Assembly (NCBI GenBank): GCA_016180575.1
Contig: JACPAY010000001.1
Location: forward strand, 857 to 64,856
From: Candidatus Omnitrophota bacterium
GTDB lineage: Bacteria; Omnitrophota; Gorgyraeia; Aquiviventales; Aquiviventaceae
Length of the DNA: 64,000 nucleotides
Direction: 5' to 3'
Below the pieces are notes generated by a model. The model made no database searches, was not told the origin of the DNA, and saw nothing but the letters and a program-made list of their open reading frames with translations. Position numbers and translations under genes: made by a program. Positions 58,501 through 64,000 of the stretch are shown here, piece by piece; position 1 is the first letter of the stretch; every line of letters starts with the position of its first letter.

Positions 58501-60128
58501 GCGACGGCTGCGGGCGCGGGAACCGAGCTGCTTCGGAACGCGAGGCCCCGCGCAAGAAACTGGCGGTACGCCTCCACCTGGTGCTCCACGGGAGCGCCGG
58601 CGGCCCCCGCGTACCGCTGGAAGAGCCCTGTCACCGTCGAGAGCGCATCGAGCCCCTGGCAGGAGCTCCAGGCGATCCGCGTCCGCCGGGCCAGCACATC
58701 GGTCACCGTGCAGGCGAACTCCTGCGTGATGGCGTGCGCCAGCTCCGCCTCAAGATAGTCGTGATGCGGGCAGAGCGGCTGCGCGAGCGACGGCTCGCGG
58801 TCAATCAGCCGCAGGATCGACAGGGCGCCGACGCCATACCGGACGAGCAGCCGGGAGAGCGCCTCCGGGTCCACGGCGCGCGTCAGCTCCTGCCAGAGCG
58901 CCGGCGAGGCCGCCCCCATCGCCTCCAGGAGGCTCACCTGGTCCGTCAGGCACCGGTCCGCCTTGACCCGGAGCCTGGCGACCAGCAGGTCCACCGCCTC
59001 CTGCGCCATTCGGCGGTACGTCGTGAACTTCCCGCCCATGACGCTCACCAGACCCCACCGGTCCACCTCGATCGCGTGCTCGCGCGAGGCGCCGGTCGCA
59101 GCGCCGGTGAACGCCAGGAGCGGACGGGCGCCGGCGAAGGTGGCGATGACGTCATCCGCATCCAGATGGAGTCCCGGGAGCACCCGGTTGACCCCGTCGA
59201 GCAGGTAGCCGACCTCCTCGGCGTCGGCGGCCAGCGCGTCCAGCGGGCCGCGCACGGGGCCCTCCGTCGTTCCGACCAGCGAGTGGTCGCCCCACGGCAG
59301 GATGAACAGCATCCGCGCATCGGTGTGCCCCTGCACGAAGAGCGCCTGCCGCGCGAGGCGCGGGAGGACGAGATGGATCCCCTTGGTGGGCGCGAGGCGC
59401 GCGGGGGCGCCGGCGACGCTCAGGTGGCGGACCGCATCCGCCCATGGCCCGGCCGCGTTGACGACGGCCCGCGCCTGCACGTCAAACGCGCGGCCGGTCA
59501 GGAGATCCTCGACGGCGCCTCCGCAGACGCGCTGGCCCGTCTTGAGCAGCGCGCGCACCCGGACGTAGTTGGCGCAGGCGGCGCCCAGGCTGAGCGCCTG
59601 GAGGACGTTGGCCAGGCACAGCCGCGCGTCGTCCATCTGGCAGTCGGCGTAGAGGCCGGCCGCCCGCAGCCCGTCGAGCCGCAGGCCGGGCTCGAGCGCG
59701 GCCGCGCGCCGGGCGGAGAGCAGGCTGTGGGGCCTGATGTTCCATCCCCAGGCGAGCCGGTCGTAGAGCCACAGGCCGGCGCGGATCTTCCACACCGGCC
59801 GCCGGTCGCCCGCGTAGATCGGCAGCAGCAGGGAGAGCGGATGGACCACTCCCGGCGCGATGGCGCGCAGGATGCCGCGCTCCCGCAGGCTCTCGAATAC
59901 GAGGCGCAGGTGCCCGTGCTCAAGGTACCGCAGGCCGCCATGGATCAGCTTGGAGGTCTTGGAGCTCGTCCCGCCGCCGAAATCGCCCTGCTCGACGAGC
60001 GCCACGGAGAGCCCGCGCATCGCGGCATCCCGCGCGATACCGGCGCCGACGATCCCGCCGCCGATGACGAGCACGTCGAACATCCGCGCCCGCAGACGAG
60101 CAAGCAGCGCCTCGCGCGGGCTGATCAT
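58497..60128 (-). CDS. glpD: FAD-dependent glycerol-3-phosphate dehydrogenase
   Basis: The track ORF was trimmed to the ATG at 60128 (MISPREALL...), which overlaps the glpK stop (ATGA). DVLVIGGGIVGAGIARDAAMRG...GTSSKTSKLIHGGLRYL. Confidence 0.85.
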   Translation of the reverse strand: MISPREALLARLRARMFDVLVIGGGIVGAGIARDAAMRGLSVALVEQGDFGGGTSSKTSKLIHGGLRYLEHGHLRLVFESLRERGILRAIAPGVVHPLSLLLPIYAGDRRPVWKIRAGLWLYDRLAWGWNIRPHSLLSARRAAALEPGLRLDGLRAAGLYADCQMDDARLCLANVLQALSLGAACANYVRVRALLKTGQRVCGGAVEDLLTGRAFDVQARAVVNAAGPWADAVRHLSVAGAPARLAPTKGIHLVLPRLARQALFVQGHTDARMLFILPWGDHSLVGTTEGPVRGPLDALAADAEEVGYLLDGVNRVLPGLHLDADDVIATFAGARPLLAFTGAATGASREHAIEVDRWGLVSVMGGKFTTYRRMAQEAVDLLVARLRVKADRCLTDQVSLLEAMGAASPALWQELTRAVDPEALSRLLVRYGVGALSILRLIDREPSLAQPLCPHHDYLEAELAHAITQEFACTVTDVLARRTRIAWSSCQGLDALSTVTGLFQRYAGAAGAPVEHQVEAYRQFLARGLAFRSSSVPAPAAVA

Positions 60129-61633
60129 CCCCCCGCCCCCGACCGCACCCGGGCCACGGCCGCCTGCCATCCCGCATACCGCCGCGCCCGCTCGGAGGGG
60201 CGCATGCGCGGGTGGAACGTCCGCTCGGGGCGGCCGACGAACCGCTCGAGATCTCGCGGCGTCCACCACCCGATGCCGATGCCCGCCAGCAGCGCAGCGC
60301 CCCGTCCGGTGTTGGCGACCGAGGCGGGCCGCACGACCGGGATGCCGAGGAGATCGGCCTGGAACTGCATGAGCCAGTCGTTCCGCGCGGCGCCCCCGTC
60401 GACGCGCAGCGCCCGCAGGCGGATGCGGCTGTCGCGCGCCATCGCCTCGACGACGTCTCGCGTCTGATAGGCGAGCGACTCCAGCGTCGCCCGCACGAGG
60501 ATGCGGCGGTCGGAGCCGCGCGTGAGGCCGATGATGGCCCCGCGCGCGCCCATGTCCCAGTACGGCGCGCCCAGGCCCACGAACGCCGGCACCACGTACA
60601 CGCCGCCGGTGTCCGGCACCGCGCGCGCGATCGCGTCGGTCTCAGAGGCCCGCCGGATCAGGCCCAGCTCATCCCGCAGCCACTGGATGGCCGCCCCGGC
60701 GATGAACACGCTGCCTTCCAGCGCGTAGGCGGGCCGCCCGGTCCCGCTGTAGACGCGGGTCGTGAGCAGGCCATGGCGGCTCGGCACCAGGCGCGAGCCG
60801 GTGTGCAGGAGGAGGAAGCAGCCGGTGCCGTAGGTGTTCTTCGCGGTGCCGGGCGAGAGGCATCCGTGCCCCACCATCGAGGCCTGCTGGTCCCCGGCAA
60901 CACCGGTGATGGGGATGCCGGCAGGCAGCGGGCCGGCCGCTGTCGTCCTGCCGAAGGATGCGCTGGAGGGCAGCACGCGGGGGAGCAACGAACCCGGCAC
61001 TCCGAAGAGCCGCGCCAGCGACAGGTCCCACCGGCCGGTCCGGATGTTGTAGAGCAGCGTGCGGGAGGCGTTCGTCTCGTCCGTGGCATGGACCCGGCCG
61101 CCGGTCAGGTGCCAGATGAGCCAGCTGTCGACCGTCCCGAAGGCGAGCGAGCCGCGCTGGCTCAGCCGCCGCGCGCCGGGCACATGGTCCAGGAGCCACC
61201 GGATCTTCGTGCCGGAAAAGTACGCGTCGAGCACCAGGCCGGTCTTGCGCCGGACCGCCGGCTCGGCGCCCCGCCGCTTGAGCCGGTCGCACAGCCCGGC
61301 CGTGCGGCGGCACTGCCAGACGATCGCGTTGGCGATCGGCCATCCGGTGCGGCGGTCCCAGACGATCGTCGTCTCCCGCTGGTTGGTGATCCCGACCGCC
61401 TGGACCCGGCGGCCGCTCACCCGGCCGTCGGCCAGCGCCCGGCGGATGACCGACCAGGTCACCCGGAGGATCTCCTGCGGACGGTGCTCCACCCAGCCGG
61501 GACGCGGGTAGTGCTGCGGCAGCTCCGCGTAGGCGGAGGACACCAGCCGGGCGCGCCGGTCCATCACCAAGACGGTGGTGCCCGTCGTGCCCTGGTCGAC
61601 CGCCAGAATCACGCCCTTCCCTGTCGGGCTCAT
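60125..61633 (-). CDS. glpK: glycerol kinase
   Basis: The track ORF 60125..62263 was trimmed to the ATG at 61633 (MSPTGKGVILAVDQGTTGT...). ITNQRETTIVWD...GDQQASMVG...NTYGTGCF...VDGGAARN. Confidence 0.9.
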   Translation of the reverse strand: MSPTGKGVILAVDQGTTGTTVLVMDRRARLVSSAYAELPQHYPRPGWVEHRPQEILRVTWSVIRRALADGRVSGRRVQAVGITNQRETTIVWDRRTGWPIANAIVWQCRRTAGLCDRLKRRGAEPAVRRKTGLVLDAYFSGTKIRWLLDHVPGARRLSQRGSLAFGTVDSWLIWHLTGGRVHATDETNASRTLLYNIRTGRWDLSLARLFGVPGSLLPRVLPSSASFGRTTAAGPLPAGIPITGVAGDQQASMVGHGCLSPGTAKNTYGTGCFLLLHTGSRLVPSRHGLLTTRVYSGTGRPAYALEGSVFIAGAAIQWLRDELGLIRRASETDAIARAVPDTGGVYVVPAFVGLGAPYWDMGARGAIIGLTRGSDRRILVRATLESLAYQTRDVVEAMARDSRIRLRALRVDGGAARNDWLMQFQADLLGIPVVRPASVANTGRGAALLAGIGIGWWTPRDLERFVGRPERTFHPRMRPSERARRYAGWQAAVARVRSGAGG

Positions 61634-61664
61634 GCGGCTACAAGTATACACCGTCGCCCGCCTC

Positions 61665-61718
61665 CGCGTATCTGATACGGTACATGCTATAATGTTTGGA
61701 TGCCGTATCAGATACGCG
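61665..61718. repeat. hairpin CGCGTATCTGATACGG ... CCGTATCAGATACGCG
   Basis: The arms are 16 bp and the 22-nt loop contains TATAAT (61688-61693). The word is the same as at 6936-6990. It lies in the divergent glpK/suhB promoter region. Confidence 0.65.
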
Positions 61719-62506
61719 ACATGGAGCCGCTGCCGTACTATGCTGAGGCGGCATCGCGCGCCGCAACGGCCGCCGGCGCGCTGCTCATCCAACAGCTGGG
61801 CCGCCACGGCCCGGTCAAGACCAAGCGCAGCGCGATCGACCTCGTGACCCGCGTGGATCGCGCCTCCGAGCGCCTCATCCGCCGCCTCCTCCTGCGCGCC
61901 GACCCGCGGATCGGCTTCCTGGGCGAGGAGCGCGGGGCGCGCAACCGCGCCGCGGCCTGCCGCTGGATCGTGGACCCGCTGGATGGCACGACCAACTTCG
62001 TGCACGGGCTGCCCCTGTTCGGCGTCTCCATCGGGCTGCAGGAGGCGGGGACGATTCGGGTCGGCGTCATCTACGACCCGGTGCGCCGGGAGCTGTTCGC
62101 CGCGACGAAGGGCGGCGGGGCGTTCCTCAATGGCCGGCGCATCTGCGTCTCGGCGGCGAGCCGGCTGTCCCGCAGCCTGCTCTCGACGGGGTTCTCGTCC
62201 AGGTTCCTGGCGCACAACCAGCCCTATGCCGGCTGGTTCCGGACGCTGCAGCGCCATTCGCACGGCGTGCGGCGGATCGGCTCAAGCGTCTGGTGCCTGG
62301 CCGCCGTGGCGGCCGGCCGGCTGGAGGGGTTCTACGAGCGGGATCTCTGGCCGTGGGACATGGCGGCGGGGGTGCTGCTGGTGGCGGAGGCGGGCGGGAC
62401 CGTCACGGACCTGGCCGGACATCCTCCGGTCCTGGAACGCGGCCGGCTCGTCGCGACGAACGGCCGCATCCACCGCGAGCTGCTGCGCGCCCTATCGCTC
62501 AAGTAG
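61700..62506 (+). CDS. suhB: inositol monophosphatase family protein
   Basis: 268 aa. ...FLGEE...WIVDPLDGTTNFVHG...WDMAAG.... The ATG at 61700 lies 6 nt after TATAAT. An alternative ATG lies at 61721. Confidence 0.85.
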   Translation: MPYQIRDMEPLPYYAEAASRAATAAGALLIQQLGRHGPVKTKRSAIDLVTRVDRASERLIRRLLLRADPRIGFLGEERGARNRAAACRWIVDPLDGTTNFVHGLPLFGVSIGLQEAGTIRVGVIYDPVRRELFAATKGGGAFLNGRRICVSAASRLSRSLLSTGFSSRFLAHNQPYAGWFRTLQRHSHGVRRIGSSVWCLAAVAAGRLEGFYERDLWPWDMAAGVLLVAEAGGTVTDLAGHPPVLERGRLVATNGRIHRELLRALSLK

Positions 62507-63775
62507 CGCGAAGGTTTCCAGGTGGTTGGTCTGCGGGAACATGTCAAACGCCTGGAGCGCGGCGAGCCGGTAGCGGGGGAAGCCCGTGCACAACATCCCC
62601 AGGTCGCGGACGAGCGACTGGACGTTGCAGGAGAGGTAGGCGATCTGGAGGGGTCGGGCGGCGAGGATGGACGCGATGGCCTGGGGATGCAGGCCGGCGC
62701 GCGGGGGATCCGCCACGATGACATCCGGTCTTGCCTCCTGGAGCCAGAACCGGCGGTCCAGGAGCAACGCTTCCACCTTCCCTGCCCGGAACTCCACGTT
62801 GCGCATCCCGTTCAGCGACGCGTTCAGCGCCGCCAGCTCCAGGTGGTGCGGCTCCCCGTCGATCCCATAGACCTTCCGCATCCGTGAGGCGAGGTAGAAC
62901 GCGATGAGCCCGAGGCCGCAGTAGAGGTCCCACGCCACTCCGCCCGCGCCGGGACGGAGGCGCTCGCACACCGTCGCGTACATCCGGTCCGCCTGGGCGG
63001 TGTTCGGCTGCAGGAAGCTCAGCGGGTGCAGCTTGATGCGGAACGGGCCCATCCGCTCCTCCAGGTGAGGGGTGCCCTCCAGCAGGATCAATTCCTCCGG
63101 GACCGCGATGTCCGCCACGCGGCCCGTCAGGCCCCAGTAGAAGCTGCCGATCGCCGGATGGCGCGCCGCCACGTCATGGGCCAGCCCCTCCACGACAGCG
63201 CGCACATCCGCGCCATTCCCTGTCGCCCCATGAGCGGAGGCGGGCCTGCCTGCCGCGCCGCCCTCAGGTGACCGCGCGGCGCAGGCAGGCGATGTCATCA
63301 GGCATACCAGGAGGCGGCCCGTCGCGCGGCTGATGCGCACGAGGAGGTGCCGGAAAAAACCCTGATGGGTGCGCGGATGGTAGGGTGGAAGGCCGGTCCG
63401 GGCGGCGGCGTCCCGGACGTCGCGCAGCACGCGGGCCGCCGGCTCAGGCACGAGCAGGCAATCGTCGAGATCCACCACGCGCCAGAAGGAGCGCGCGGCA
63501 TGGTAGCCCAGCGCCAGCCGGCCGTCCTGCTCCCCGAAGGTGAACTCGGCCTTGTTCCGGTACCGCCAGGGATCCTCCAATCCGATGAGCTCCACCGACG
63601 GGACGTCACCCAGCGCCGCGAGGGCGCGGCCGAGCCGCTCACGCTTCAGCACAAGCTGATCCGGGTAAGCCACATCCTGCAGGGCGCATCCCCCGCACGC
63701 GCCGAAATACGGACAGGGCGGCTCCACGCGCGGGAACGCCGCTTTCTCCTGCACGAGCAGCTGCTCAGTGCGCAT
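62492..63775 (-). CDS. 23S rRNA (uracil-5)-methyltransferase RlmD/RumA-like
   Basis: 427 aa. The Fe-S Cys motif is CPYFGACGGCALQ. The SAM site is DLYCGLGLI, followed by ...DPPRAG... and the nucleophile region YLSCN. It contains palindromic insert copy e. Confidence 0.8.
   Translation of the reverse strand: MRTEQLLVQEKAAFPRVEPPCPYFGACGGCALQDVAYPDQLVLKRERLGRALAALGDVPSVELIGLEDPWRYRNKAEFTFGEQDGRLALGYHAARSFWRVVDLDDCLLVPEPAARVLRDVRDAAARTGLPPYHPRTHQGFFRHLLVRISRATGRLLVCLMTSPACAARSPEGGAAGRPASAHGATGNGADVRAVVEGLAHDVAARHPAIGSFYWGLTGRVADIAVPEELILLEGTPHLEERMGPFRIKLHPLSFLQPNTAQADRMYATVCERLRPGAGGVAWDLYCGLGLIAFYLASRMRKVYGIDGEPHHLELAALNASLNGMRNVEFRAGKVEALLLDRRFWLQEARPDVIVADPPRAGLHPQAIASILAARPLQIAYLSCNVQSLVRDLGMLCTGFPRYRLAALQAFDMFPQTNHLETFALLER
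63245..63289. repeat. intragenic GC-rich palindromic element, copy e (orientation B)
   Basis: CCTGCCTGCCGCGCC, 14 nt, then GCGCGGCGCAGGCAGG. It lies inside the RlmD-like gene and encodes PACAARSPEGGAAGR. Confidence 0.75.
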
Positions 63776-63778
63776 CGC

Positions 63779-64000
63779 TCACCAGCGTCGGCGCGGGCGA
63801 AGGAGCAGGATGCCCAGCATCCCGCTGACGAACCCGCCGATATGGGCCCAGAACGCGATGCCGCCGACGTCGGCGACCTGACCCAACGCCGTCAACCCCT
63901 GCACCCACTGCAGCAAGAACCAGAGTCCCAAAAACAGAAAGGCCGGCAGCTCCACCCGCTCCCAGAACAACCCGAGCGGCACCAGCGTCACGATGCGCGC
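63779..64000 (-). CDS. rhomboid family intramembrane protease, C-terminal part (gene continues past window end)
   Basis: It ends in TM helices with the rhomboid His motif ...FWAHIGGFVSG.... The catalytic Ser region would lie beyond position 64000. Confidence 0.6.
   Translation of the reverse strand, partial: ARIVTLVPLGLFWERVELPAFLFLGLWFLLQWVQGLTALGQVADVGGIAFWAHIGGFVSGMLGILLLRPRRRW

Noticed and set aside
58581-60467. A 628-aa ORF on the plus strand.
   Set aside because: It is antisense to glpD and the 3' end of glpK, and its composition is a shadow-ORF pattern.
61634-62263. A 210-aa upstream extension of the glpK ORF. The cysC (to 17293), glpD (to 60269) and msrB (to 44082) ORFs have similar extensions.
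   Set aside because: The canonical N-termini ([45 protein letters not shown]...DVLVIGGG, MSAHQEP...) begin at internal ATGs. The extensions run through promoters, repeats or neighbouring genes.

Overview
This is 64 kb of a GC-rich bacterial chromosome. I did not compute exact G+C, and the taxon cannot be assigned from the sequence alone. The window holds about 60 protein genes plus tRNA-Ala(GGC) and tRNA-Leu(CAA). Most genes are on the minus strand and are ordinary housekeeping: leuS (partial), nfo, an NfeD/SPFH pair, accA, an L,D-transpeptidase, cysH-cysC, a PAS histidine kinase with two CheY-like receivers, folC/purH/pabC/pabB, gpmA, ogg, dcd, the class II ribonucleotide reductase nrdJ, htpX, msrB, tldD-pmbA, ispH, cca, glpD-glpK, suhB and an RlmD-like methyltransferase. 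Many long ORFs in the track are antisense shadows typical of high-GC DNA, or upstream extensions of real genes, and I discarded or trimmed them. Seven things stand out. (1) A short GC-rich palindromic element sits in-frame inside six unrelated enzyme genes, in both orientations and several reading phases. (2) Four related 120-200 bp structured intergenic repeats are present. Two of them have 23-bp terminal inverted repeats and 8-bp flanking direct repeats (MITE-like), with cores inverted relative to each other. A third appears to donate the start codon and signal-peptide n-region of a lipoprotein. (3) Many 'word' hairpins are present. Some words recur at distant loci, and several supply the first or last codons of neighbouring genes. 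(4) A ~2.3 kb island of visibly lower G+C lies between dcd and nrdJ. It carries an AlbA_2/Schlafen-like protein translationally coupled to an unrecognised partner, plus a GIY-YIG-like protein and an HNH protein. (5) One operon encodes two Ddl-like ATP-grasp ligases, lysine 2,3-aminomutase and a coiled-coil lipoprotein. The second ligase has no canonical start codon ahead of its conserved N-terminus. (6) A DEDDy exonuclease-WYL fusion lies next to an MBL-fold hydrolase. (7) -10-like hexamers recur 6-9 nt upstream of start codons, which suggests leaderless or very short-leader mRNAs. I saw no rRNA, CRISPR array, transposase or integrase.
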